A stretch of DNA of 64,000 nucleotides from Acanthaster planci (taxonomy: Eukaryota), in NCBI RefSeq assembly GCF_001949145.1, contig NW_019091355.1:4289374-4353373 (forward strand), in the 5' to 3' direction. The translations under genes were made by a program, and so were the position numbers. Positions 50,707 through 62,079 of this stretch are shown piece by piece (the stretch's first letter is position 1; each line of letters opens with the position of its first letter). The notes under the pieces were generated by a model. It saw only the letters and a program-made list of their open reading frames with translations, was not told the origin of the DNA and did no database searches.

Positions 50707-50712
50707 TTTATT
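50707..50712 (-). terminator. Candidate polyadenylation signal of COX18
   Basis: TTTATT on + (AATAAA on -), about 840 nt downstream of the COX18 stop. Confidence 0.45.
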
Positions 50713-50939
50713 AGAATTGAAAAAAAAATTTCATTTAAAACAAATTCCTGTTAAAAGCTCTAAAGAACAACGTCCATTTGCATTCTGGTAAGCTGCGGCG
50801 AAGACAAAAAATTGGGAATAAAAAGAGGAACACATGACTTTGAAGAGTCTTTTTCAGTCGGCTGCAAGCTGACCTGAGGGAAAAAGTACACGTATTCATT
50901 GTAGGGTATGGTAATTGTGCCAACAATTGCATCAGTGAT

Positions 50940-50996
50940 CAGTGGATGGTGACTGAAATCATATTCACTGAATATGATTTCAGTCACCATCCACTG
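50940..50996. repeat. Perfect palindrome, 28-bp arms with 1-nt centre
   Basis: CAGTGGATGGTGACTGAAATCATATTCA-C-TGAATATGATTTCAGTCACCATCCACTG. Confidence 0.95.
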
Positions 50997-51551
50997 TCTT
51001 TGAACAGGAGACTAGATTCTGACAGGGAAGTCTGCTGTGTCAGCGATGCATTTAGATTAGGGATCAACTGCTGTAGGTTTTAACCGCTGATCCAATGTCC
51101 GATGTTTTAATCAGAACATCGGCCGATGTTCGATCCAATATTTTCACCGACAAAAGCTGAAACGTAACCTTAACAGGATGTATGCCTACTAACAACACAA
51201 AACCAGTGTACTCCCTTAAAATGTCAGTTTACACATTAATGGTAATAGGATTAGTTTTTGCCTTCACAGTCACTTTGAGAGAATAAATCATGTAAATTAT
51301 GTACACCGATCGCGCTCGCACGATACCAATGTAACCGATCACTGAAATGCATCCAGTGCTTACCGGTATGTACATACAGAATAGACACAGCACCTCGGGC
51401 TGAATCACGGTAGCCTTTAATCAAGGCGCACATAACACCGCTGCTCGCTTAAAATCTTCAAGTCAGATTTCTTCCTCTGTGGCATTATTCCCTCCTGATG
51501 TTGAAGATTTGTTGGCTCATTTTACTCCCAAACACAGATTCTTCTCCCAGT

Positions 51552-51731
51552 TCAAAACATCTTCTTCGAGAAATATCTGACTCGAAACGCTTGCCTCATT
51601 TCCTGCCAGGGGTGTTTCATCTCGGAGGGCGATTGGGGGATGTTGACTAGTCGACGGAAGGCGGGCCATCGCAGGAGGGCGTACTGTCCCAGGCCAGCTA
51701 GACTTGATGACAGCCAGAACAAGGAAAGAGC
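51552..51731 (-). CDS. COX18: COX18 last coding exon (ALSLFWLSSSLAGLGQYALLRWPAFRRLVNIP...KKMF*)
   Basis: CCGTCTCAG acceptor, 59 codons + TGA. Matches the COX18 C-terminus. Confidence 0.92.
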   Translation of the reverse strand, partial: ALSLFWLSSSLAGLGQYALLRWPAFRRLVNIPQSPSEMKHPWQEMRQAFRVRYFSKKMF

Positions 51732-54700
51732 CTGAGACGGAGGAAATCATCATCAAATAATTCCATACATGTAGCGTCTAGGTTATGCCTCCTATTTTTT
51801 TAACGTCAATCTACATAACAGCAAATCCTTTGTTGCAAAAATTAAGTTGGGGAAAATTAGGGCAAGACATGTTCCTTGATGTCATGTGATTGCCCTCTAA
51901 GTCATGTGACCTACAGTGGGTATCAGACATCAACAAACATGGCGTCCTCTCACAGCAAAGTGTGTCGTTAGTGTCATTTACCAAAAATAAAACTGACGGT
52001 CAGTAGAGTACTCGGACTACTGATATGCTGAATACTACGCTAGCGGCAGCGATTGGTCTATTCAGTCCCCTCTGCAATTTCATCTGGTAGTCCNNNNNNN
52101 NNNNNNNNNNNNNNNNNNNNNNNNNNNNNNNNNNNNNNNNNNNNNNNNNNNNNNNNNNNNNNNNNNNNNNNNNNNNNNNNNNNNNNNNNNNNNNNNNNNN
52201 NNNNNNNNNNNNNNNNNNNNNNNNNNNNNNNNNNNNNNNNNNNNNNNNNNNNNNNNNNNNNNNNNNNNNNNNNNNNNNNNNNNNNNNNNNNNNNNNNNNN
52301 NNNNNNNNNNNNNNNNNNNNNNNNNNNNNNNNNNNNNNNNNNNNNNNNNNNNNNNNNNNNNNNNNNNNNNNNNNNNNNNNNNNNNNNNNNNNNNNNNNNN
52401 NNNNNNNNNNNNNNNNNNNNNNNNNNNNNNNNNNNNNNNNNNNNNNNNNNNNNNNNNNNNNNNNNNNNNNNNNNNNNNNNNNNNNGAAATTGGGACTTAG
52501 TCATTTCCTAGGTCTGTTGAGACAAATAACACTATAACACTGACTACAAGCTACAGTAAACTGCGACTAAGTCAGTATCGCGTAACTCGTCATATAGTCT
52601 TTGACAAAATCATCTTTGCCTTTTGACAAAAGTCCCGAATATCTGTAATGCATTTCCATTGAAAAGTTCATTTCGTAAAGTTTGCACGTTTTTCTTGGTC
52701 CCTTTTCCACAAAACCACAAAAATTCCTTTGTGTTCGGCACAGGCCATGATTGATAATCGGCCAGCCTGAATACATCAATACCAGTAACCCCTCTTGGGC
52801 TACACGCATGCACCCAGTCCATTTTGGGGTTCGCCTTATTGAACGAACTTAACCAATGTTTGTGCGGATGAGTGTATCGTCACGTTAGAGCAACAAGGCC
52901 GTATCTTGTATAAAAAATAAATGCGAGTTACGACCTTGTTGCTCTGACATGACGGTATGTTTTCTGTACCGTAACTGTATCACATGCATGTGTGTACTGC
53001 ACTGTCGAGTCGTGATGTGATATGCAAGTGGCTTGCCGTCCTTGCTTTGTCCTTTGGGGCACATGATCAGTTATCGAATTTGCAGCCGGTGAGGATACTA
53101 ATCGAGAACAAATTTGCTGGGATTGACCATGGAGGTAGAAAGAAACCAGGGTAAATCAAAGCAATTGAATTAGTGCAAGGAATCATAATGCACATACATG
53201 TAGGCAGTACATGCGTACGTGTAAGTCAGCAAAATGACGACTTACAGCACAAGTCAACATTCGCGTAGGTCGTCATAATTTCTTGAGTCCCGAGAGTGCC
53301 GACTTAGCCGGAGTTGACTGTACATTGCTCTTTTCTATTCCTGCATGCAGCACATACAAAAACTGTTATATAATTCAAAAACAATGACTTACCGCTGGCA
53401 TCATTGTTGCTATGGGGACCATTCCCAGGGAGACAAGACGGAACCAGTTAACTAGCCGATGTTGTAACAGTGTCAGTGGGCCACGCCTTAACGACCACAT
53501 CTGGGAAAGAATGAATTCCAACCAAACTTCACAAACGGCAGTTATGAGAACATGTACATGCATTTCTAGATCTCGTTACAAGAGAAATTTCAAAGTTGGT
53601 GCCCAAGAGCCATTGGTACCCCAGTCTACATTTCTGCACGGTGAATAATGGAAGAAATAACAACGCTCGGGATTTTAAGTCTCACATGCTTGTGTACCGT
53701 ATAACCATGTACTCAATAAATCCTGTCTTTCCCGAGCAATGCCTTGTCAAGATTTGTGACCCAGCCTGACGAAATGAGTCATAAGTCAACAGAGCTACTT
53801 TTGAGTTAAAGACTTTTGAGAAGAATCTTGCACATCACAAATCAATAGAATCACAAATCAATCAATTTTTGTCACTAAAATAGTGTCCATTTTCATCAAG
53901 ATGCAAGGCAGAGAAATACATCAAAAGGAAAGGCTCAGTTTGCTCTTTGTGATCCAGACTAGAGCAAAGTTACAGGCAAAACAGTCTTTAAGACTCATTT
54001 GTAGGATCAGGGGCGAGATTGGATAAAAACAACATCCACCAAATACTCACCAGAAGTTCCAAGCCCCCACAGCGGCACAGGGGTCTATGGTGTACATTAA
54101 GTTTGCCTCACGGCACTCCTTAAAATACAGATATTTTATGTGTTCTCTATCAACTATAAAAACAACTTAACCACTTCCTGCCGGGGCAGTTATCAATGTT
54201 GATGATGCTGGGCCGGGATATTATCATTTTTTTCTGTTTTCATTTACTGGACACTTACAAACACATGAAGGACATGAAGGACTGTCTGGCGTCCACTCTA
54301 GCCTGACAGACAAAATCTATTGACGCCTGAGTATTTCAGCCAGGCCTGCAGCCTTGTAAAAAGAGCCCAGATTGTGCGGTGTTATATTACTTTCTTTTGT
54401 TCACGAACCTGGCTCAGTGTGCTGCTGACCTCTTTTCAAAAGGGGCCAGATTAGCACGCAGCGGTGCTGTGTGACTCACCGGTGGTAATCTGCTCGCTCT
54501 CAATGCCCCAAACCCTGGTATACTGTTTCAAAACAAGGCTGGATTATCTCCACTTTTGAGAGTGAAAAAATGTCGGTAATTCCCATCAGCCTGGTCTTCT
54601 GTTCCGGGTATGGTCTTTTGTTACAAGGCCCTGTTCCCTTTGTCCGAGTTCGGAGACCCCGGCCATGCATATAAGGGTCGACGACCATTTAGACCCGGTT

Positions 54701-57700
54701 TGAAAAGGGCCCCCGGTAAGCTCGCCCTGTTGCAAAAACCCTGGGATGCTGGACTGGTTGTTGATCTCGAACTTCTCCATCCTGGGGTCTATTGTTTGCA
54801 AGTACTGGTACATTTAATCTATCCCAGAAGGAACCTGCTTGTGGTTTTTAATCCTTCAGCTCTATACAATGTTTACACTAATCCGCTTAGACCCCTATTC
54901 ATCTGTGGAAGCACGGTGGGGGAAGCCTTTCATCAGGGACTTTGAAATGCCAATGTGCAGACAGGCCTGGTACCGGCCTGGAGTAGCCTGAATACCGGGC
55001 AGGCATTATACAGGGTGGGCTACCGTGGGCCCTTTTCAAACCAGGTCTAAATGGTCGCCGGCCCTAAAGCATACATGTCCGGATCCGGAATCCCCAGCAG
55101 GGAGTGGTTAATGGTAAACTCAGGATTTTCCAGATCCTGAAATCAGGGAAATCCTGATGAGAGAAAAGTCCTAAAATCGGGAAAATTCCCGACAAATCTC
55201 AGCCCTATTGGATCTGGTCAAATTTGTAAATTAGCATTTGAAAGCTCACCTCAACTAGGGCTAGATTGACCAAGCCAAGCATTACAGGCATCAGGAAGTC
55301 AAACTGCGTCAGGTCTGAGAACCACAGTGCACCCTGGGTAGTCAGCTCTGGTATATAGTCAACATCTGGCTCTACAAATCCGCGCGGAAAGAGAAACCAA
55401 AAATCCACCAATGACTGGGTGAATTCGGAGCTTGGACAAGGCAAGACTGTTGGTTTCTTTCAATTGGTCAATACGTTTTAAACGGCCAGAATTGGATTAG
55501 AATTAGAAACACCTGAAAATAAGATAGTTTGAACACAACTGTGTGAGCCTCAATCGTTTTCATTAGAAGTACTGATGGATCATCATTATTTTTTTCCCGC
55601 AGATGAATGGAATTTATACATCATGGAAATAATGAATGAAAATTACACAACCTCCAACAATGCAACATTGAGATTTTCTCTATGGAATGACATCACAGTA
55701 TGGCTCATGTAAAACGGACATTTGCTTAAGCATGAAAATTGAAGAATTACCAAAACACCTCACAATTTAGCGAAATAGAAAGAGCAAATGAGGCAAACAG
55801 CATTTTCAAGATTTGTTGTAAGCTGAATGTACTGCATAGACTGATTTGTGCGGACAGGCCGAAATTGAACATGAAGCTTAAAGTAGACAGAATCAGCCTG
55901 CAGTCGACAGCAAACTCACCTGTCCCAAAGAGTTCTGGGTACCTGCCGGTCATCTGGCCAATGGCTATGGTCAGTGATGACCAAATGCCTGCCTGCACGA
56001 AGCCGACATAGAAGATCTTCCGTGACTGGCATCTGTTGTCAAAATGTAGTCTCTTCACAATGAATTTAACCTGAGAATGAAGGTTCACATCTAACATTAT
56101 CACTTCACTTTTAGGGGGGGGGAATCTTTCACGCACATTACAAATATGCCGATTATATGAATATTTGGATATTCAATCAATCATCAAAATATTCGGGGGT
56201 GAAACGCCCTGAAATGAAAAGGAAAGATCTAACTTATTTGCAGTGTTGTAGTACTCGTACTCGGTACTCGTACTCAAGTACTACTCGAGTACCGTTTTCA
56301 GAGTACTCGTACTCAGACATCCAAGTACTCGTACTCGAACTACAGTTCTTGTACTCGGGCTACAAAATACTCGGAACTCAACATCCAAAAATTGTCCTCG
56401 AGCATCAAAGTACTCATACTCGATTAACAGTACTCGATAAAAAAATCCTTTAAGTTAACTTACCACGCACGACCGTTAAAATAAGGTACAAAAATATCGA
56501 CTCCAATGACCCGATATTCGACATGGTTCTGACAATGAGAAGGCCGAACGTGGGACCATTAAGACATACGACCCATTTGGCGTCTGTGCGCGTACTTAAA
56601 CCAATCACGTATGCAAATTATATTGTGGTACTCCAGAATGGTCACGCAATTTACTTGGGCATTGGTAGTCTGGTTCCTGGACCCGAAAATTTTAACAACG
56701 AACCCAGCATACAGAAAATCACAGGCATGTGAATAATTGAGTCTGGAAAATAGACTTTGCCGCGCCGTGCACGTTGTGTCAACTGCTGCAACACACGCGT
56801 AGTGACCGTAACATTGCTAGCCAGATCACTTGTTCTTGTAGTCATGCCATCTGCATTCGGTGTTTCTTTTACACAGTGGCAGGTCTTAAGAGTCTCTAAA
56901 TTAAGATAAAACTATTTTTGAATTAGAAGTACTCGTACTCTGAATTAGAAGTACTTGTACTCATACTCGGAAGTGCAAGTACTTAAGTACTTGTACTCGG
57001 AAACCAGTACTTGTACTCGGCTGGCAAAGTACTCGCCCTATCTTTGTACTCGGAAGTCAAAGTACTCGGCAGTACTTGGTACTCGGAAAAAAGTACTAGA
57101 CTACAACACTGCTTATTTGGTTACAAAATGGAATTCTATATGCACATTTCAAGGTCACAAGTAAACGCAGACAGCTGAATGTGTACATACGCCAACTATT
57201 AGGATGACAATTACCTGAATTTTTTTTACTTTTGTAAAAAGATCCATTTTATATTCTTTTCTTCTTTAATAAGAGTTTGGTATGACTGAATTTTTCATTC
57301 TAATGGAAGGTCGAATATTCAAAAATTCAATTACTCAAATTAGCTTAGCTGTAATGCAAACAATTCCTTAATCCGTAACATAAAAGTGATCAAAAATGCA
57401 TATTGAAATAACTGGTATTTTCAAAAGCATTGATCTTGGAATGTCCATTTGGCGAGATTTTGAGGTTTTGTCACTTCGTGAAAACGCCCACGATACGTGT
57501 ATACCTGTTGACTATAGAAGTTAGCCATCTCCTTTTGTGACCAATTCAGTTCCTTTGCCATCAACGCAACTTGTTGCTTCATGTGCTCAGCATGAGTGTT
57601 TATCTCCGGCTGGACATTCTCGATCTTGGCTAGAACTTGCTGCTGCCAGACGGCGAACGGGAGCACCAGCGTACCGCGCACGAGTAGTGTGGTTGCGAGG

Positions 57701-57945
57701 ATGGTCAACCACCACGGTAATGCAGACGTCTCCTGCAAGCGCTCCAGAAACTCATAACTACACTCAACGGGCGTTGGGATGTAGCCGTAAGAACTGCTGG
57801 ACTCCACACTTAAACATCGGCGTGGTAACGTCCGGGAAGAGACAAAGGAAATTGCAGGGCAGGCGGACTTTGCAAGAGCGGTTTTGTGGGAGGGAAGATG
57901 AAAAGTTACTGGTGCCGTTCCCCAAAAGTCCTGCAACCTTGCCAT
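51552..57945 (-). CDS. COX18: Cytochrome c oxidase assembly protein COX18 (Oxa1/YidC insertase family): exons 57945(ATG; exon may extend to 58059)-57505, 56070-55920, 55371-55250, 53500-53393, 51731-51552
   Basis: Phase-consistent GT-AG exons give 333 aa from ATG 57945 (AACATGG). Motifs LPWWLTILATTLLVRG, GALWFSDLT, MVPIATMMPA|ALSLFWLSSSLAGLGQYALLR.P.FRRL..IP.S.SE...PW match COX18. The N-terminus looks like a mitochondrial presequence (RRCLS). The true start codon is uncertain. Confidence 0.9.
52554..53320. mobile_element. Same Tc1/mariner-like element, copy 2 (in a COX18 intron)
   Basis: TA|CAGTAAACT...GAGTTGACTG|TA, colinear with 32041-32896. Confidence 0.85.
53393..53500 (-). CDS. COX18: COX18 exon (MWSLRRGPLTLLQHRLVNWFRLVSLGMVPIATMMPA)
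   Basis: TTTCCCAG acceptor, GCG|GTAAGT donor, phase 0-0. Confidence 0.9.
54675..55064. mobile_element. PIF/Harbinger-type MITE
   Basis: TAA TSD, GGG...CCC termini, about 55-bp TIR GGG.CG.CGACCATTTAGACC.GGTTTGAAAAGGGCCC. Confidence 0.85.
55250..55371 (-). CDS. COX18: COX18 exon (ELTTQGALWFSDLTQFDFLMPVMLGLVNLALVE)
   Basis: TTTGTAG acceptor, GAG|GTGAGC donor. G.LWF.DLT is the Oxa1/Cox18 motif. Confidence 0.92.
55920..56070 (-). CDS. COX18: COX18 exon (VKFIVKRLHFDNRCQSRKIFYVGFVQAGIWSSLTIAIGQMTGRYPELFGT)
   Basis: TTCTCAG acceptor, G|GTGAGT donor, phase 0-1. Confidence 0.85.
56241..57111. mobile_element. hAT-type non-autonomous element with GTACTC subterminal arrays
   Basis: Perfect 8-bp TSD CTTATTTG. 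TIR CAGTGTTGTAGT / ACTACAACACTG. Confidence 0.9.
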
Positions 57946-58059
57946 GTTAGAGAATGCTCTCGGATGTGGTTGGTTGTAATTTCTTGTCCTCCACCGATGG
58001 CTACATGACAAGGTGAGTGTCGGTCCTGTTGCAGTGGTGCATGTGTGCAAACTGGACCA
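57505..58059 (-). CDS. COX18: COX18 exon (presequence, TM1, matrix coiled region)
   Basis: Minus-strand T-rich tract + CACAG acceptor, CAG|GTATAC donor, phase 0. Contains LPWWLTILATTLLVRGTLVLPFAVWQ. Confidence 0.88.
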
Positions 58060-58245
58060 CTGTGCATGCAACAAAAAAAGCAACAGGAAAACCAGATGGA
58101 GGGCTGTAAATAATAATATAAATCAATCATCGAATCCATGCACATGTTCTTTTTGCCTCAAAACAGTGAAGTTTTTCATCATTCAGACTTGAGAAGTTTG
58201 ACAAAACAAGAACACAGGCAAAGGGTAATATTGGGCAGTTTGACA

Positions 58246-58493
58246 CCAGGGCAGATTCAAGGGGTAGGCAACAGAGGCCATGCCCCCCCCAAACAGAGCC
58301 CCCAAAAATATAAAATAAAAACATGTGGGCAATGCAATATTTTGCTTTATTTCCTTTCTCTTTCTTCCCTAAGCATCTAAAAAAAAGGCCCCAAATGTAG
58401 CTTCACAGCTCAGAAAGGCCATGAAAAGATGCAGGAAGATACCGGTATTTTCACAATTGTTGGTCCCCCCCAAAAAAATTGGTTCCACCCTTA
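58246..58493. mobile_element. Degenerate hAT-type MITE (G/C-run family)
   Basis: Near-identical 8-bp flanks GTTTGACA / GTTTGACC. CAGGGCAGATTC start and C-runs. Confidence 0.5.
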
Positions 58494-60841
58494 GTTTGAC
58501 CAAGTGTGGACCACTTTGACTAACAGAAGTACATGCTCAATGTTAACATGGGAAAAGTACAGTTTTGCTGCAAGTTATCACAAAGGGACCACAAACACAT
58601 AAAATTATCTCCATTACAGTTTTTTTTAATTCTCTCTTATAATTTTGGGCGAAAGATGAAAGATTTGAACACAGTCATCTTTAACTTGGAATTCTTAAGC
58701 TATAACAATTCCAAGGATGGTGAGCAGAAAGACAAAATCTGAATTATAGAGGTCAGGCCAGCATTTTTTATGTATTGAATTATAAGCACAGCACCAAATT
58801 TTGCAGGCACGGAGGGCAGAAAAGAAACTATGACAACTCTGAAGTTCCATTTTTCCCCAAAAATTAATTTATGAAAGGTCAGAGGAGAAAACCTTTAGTC
58901 CATTATTGGTTTTTTAAAAATTCTAAAACACCACATGAAAAAAAATGGATTTTTAAAAAAAAATTTATTCTTTTTCTAAAATTGCATTATTTGGCATCAG
59001 TGGGTTCGTAATCCAACCAATAAAACAATGTGGCCTTTTGTATTAAGATGATGTCGGAAGGCAAGGGCTTTGCAACACTAGGACAAGCTCAAGTAAATCT
59101 TGTTTCTTCACTGGAACTAAATCAAAAAGGCACCAGCGACGCATAAACGCTTTACTTGAATTTCTTACATCTATTGATTTTAACATAGGACCTACAAGAA
59201 CATTGTAGCATGTTGTCCCTGCAGTACAAACATGTACACATGTACACCAACCTGAACATGATGCCAAATGCATGTAGCTACTCTCTGGTCATTCAGCAGT
59301 GATCTCGTCAGCCTTGTGACAGCCATTCTCAGCCAGATGCTCTGCTTTCTTCTGGATGAAAAAAAAAATCAAACTTTGTTTTGCACGATCGGTCATTTTT
59401 AAACCAAATCTAAATTTACTCGGCTGTGACAGGCTCTTTATGTCATCTATGGAAGCCCCATGACAGTGCCNNNNNNNNNNNNNNNNNNNNNNNNNNNNNN
59501 NNNNNNNNNNNNNNNNNNNNNNNNNNNNNNNNNNNNNNNNNNNNNNNNNNNNNNNNNNNNNNNNNNNNNNNNNNNNNNNNNNNNNNNNNNNNNNNNNNNN
59601 NNNNNNNNNNNNNNNNNNNNNNNNNNNNNNNNNNNNNNNNNNNNNNNNNNNNNNNNNNNNNNNNNNNNNNNNNNNNNNNNNNNNNNNNNNNNNNNNNNNN
59701 NNNNNNNNNNNNNNNNNNNNNNNNNNNNNNNNNNNNNNNNNNNNNNNNNNNNNNNNNNNNNNNNNNNNNNNNNNNNNNNNNNNNNNNNNNNNNNNNNNNN
59801 NNNNNNNNNNNNNNNNNNNNNNNNNNNNNNNNNNNNNNNNNNNNNNNNNNNNNNNNNNNNNNNNNNNNNNNNNNNNNNNNNNNNNNNNNNNNNNNNNNNN
59901 NNNNNNNNNNNNNNNNNNNNNNNNNNNNNNNNNNNNNNNNNNNNNNNNNNNNNNNNNNNNNNNNNNNNNGCGATAAGGCTTATTTGGTACCAGGTACTGG
60001 ACTGCCTCCATACCCTGGGCCCCACGCTCATGTGCAGTGAAAAGTGGTCGGATGTGGACCAAATTCATTTTCAAAATCTGGTCATTTTTTTCTCTAGTTG
60101 GAAACACCAGTACCGTCTTAACATCATGGGAAGCATTCGCTGCTGAGGGAGATTTTTTTCACTGCCCCTCATTACCAAAATATTTGGAGGAGGTCCGAGT
60201 GCACGTGAGCGCATGTCACACTGAAGATCGCTGCTGTGCCTAGTACGAGAGAGATAACATTGTTCACGGTGCAACAGCGCCCTCACGTGCACTTGGACCC
60301 AATGGCTGTTGCTTGTTGTTCCTGCCATTCGGGCATAAATAATGAGGCCTGTGATTGGTCAGTGTGACCCCCAGGGCATCGCAGCAAACTGCCATTTCAA
60401 ACAGTCAGTCCAGTCGTGGCTAAGAATTACACACACATTTACGGAAAGTGGCAGCAGTCAATTCCTTTATCTTGGGCATCAATCACATACCCTCTGAACT
60501 GTGGGGTCAGACTTCCGTGGGGGCGAACATTGGACCATAGTCAACAATTTGGTTGCGGCTTGTCTTCACAAGTACACGTGTGAACTGCATGGCTTTCGGA
60601 TGGTGATTGGGAAATATTTGCATATTGTTTTGAAAATCGGCATGGTTTGGACCCCTTTTTTTCTTGGTAGCCAACAAAGTATGAAGGTATTTAGAACTCT
60701 TGGGGGAATGGAGCAGCACATCTGTGGGTGGGCCTACGCAAGGGCTAGTCCGAGTAATTTGGACCCTACAAATCGCCTTTTTTTGACATTTGGACATCGT
60801 AGGGTCCAAGTACCTTCTATACATGTAGGCTTTTGCTTCCA

Positions 60842-61563
60842 TTAATTCATTTCACTCAAAATGGCTCATACCCTGAGTCTAAATCCTCCGAATTCACGTC
60901 TAAAACTGTCCTTTAAAATGTCTAATGCGCCTGTCTATGGATTAAGTGAGAATTGGAGATTCCAATAATGATAATATGGTTTACTCACATAGGAAGAATA
61001 GAGAAATTTCCCCTTTAAATCGGAAATGTTCTTGTTGACAAGCTCGAAGATGCCATCTTTCCTCAAATAGCGATTTGAACTATATGTTGATGTCCTATAG
61101 TGGACCATTCACAGAAAGCATGCTGTGTAGGCAAAGGCGCACTGACGACTGTTTCCTGAGCAGCGTCATGTTTAGTGTACAGTTTCAATATGGCCACAGC
61201 CACCAAACTTTGCACTGCTCAAGAAATACCGATAGTCCTCGACACGTGTGTACCAACACGACATACTTTCTGTGAATGGTCCGCTAGGCCAGTGCACAGT
61301 GACGTCGTCAACAGGACATCAACATATAGTTCAAATCGCTATTTGAGAAAGATGGCATCTTCGAGCTTGTCGACGAGTGTTTCCAATTTAAAGGGGAAAT
61401 TTCTCTATTCTTCCTATGTGAGTAAACCATATTATCATTATTGACATCTCCGATTCTCACTTAATCCATAGACAGGCGCATACGACATTTCAAGGACAGT
61501 TTTAGAGGTGAAGTCGGAGGATTTTGACTTGGGGTACAAGCTATTTTGAGTGAAATGAATTAA
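60842..61563. mobile_element. Foldback element with about 255-bp inverted arms and TTAA ends
   Basis: 60842-61096 is the near reverse complement of 61313-61563 (e.g. TTAATTCATTTCACTCAAAAT / ATTTTGAGTGAAATGAATTAA). Confidence 0.9.
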
Positions 61564-62079
61564 CCCTAACAGTCCTAAATCCTCCAATTACAATATGATT
61601 TTACATACACCCTAGGGGGTTAAGGGTTGGAAGCAAAAGCCTATGGATGGTACTTGGACTCTAATTAATACGGTGACGGTACTATCGCCCGACAATGTCC
61701 AAATGTTAAAAAAAGGCAATTTGTAGGATGCAAGTTCCACAGGATCCCCGTTCATGCCCTAGTGTTAAACATCATGTCAAACCTGCGGCAAAAAGGGCTT
61801 GTTTTCTTGGGGATTCATGGGAGTGGGGTGGACATCGGACCCCACAGTTCTGGGGGTACACTTCACTCTATCATGTGGGCCAGGTGACATGCATGTTTGT
61901 GCCGTCATACTAATTACCGTCAACAGTTAACGGACCATCAACACACTGTAAACACAGTGTCAACATTTCCAAAACACGTTAAAAATCAAAGGAAGTGGTA
62001 CTCGACTGTAACGTGTTTGCCTGAAGGATATTTTTGCTAAACCTCAACAAATTAGACTCAGGAAAATTGCCATTTTAAT

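Noticed and set aside
52053..60146. Long ORFs at 52053-52511 and 59289-60146
   Set aside because: They run through N gaps and are artefacts.
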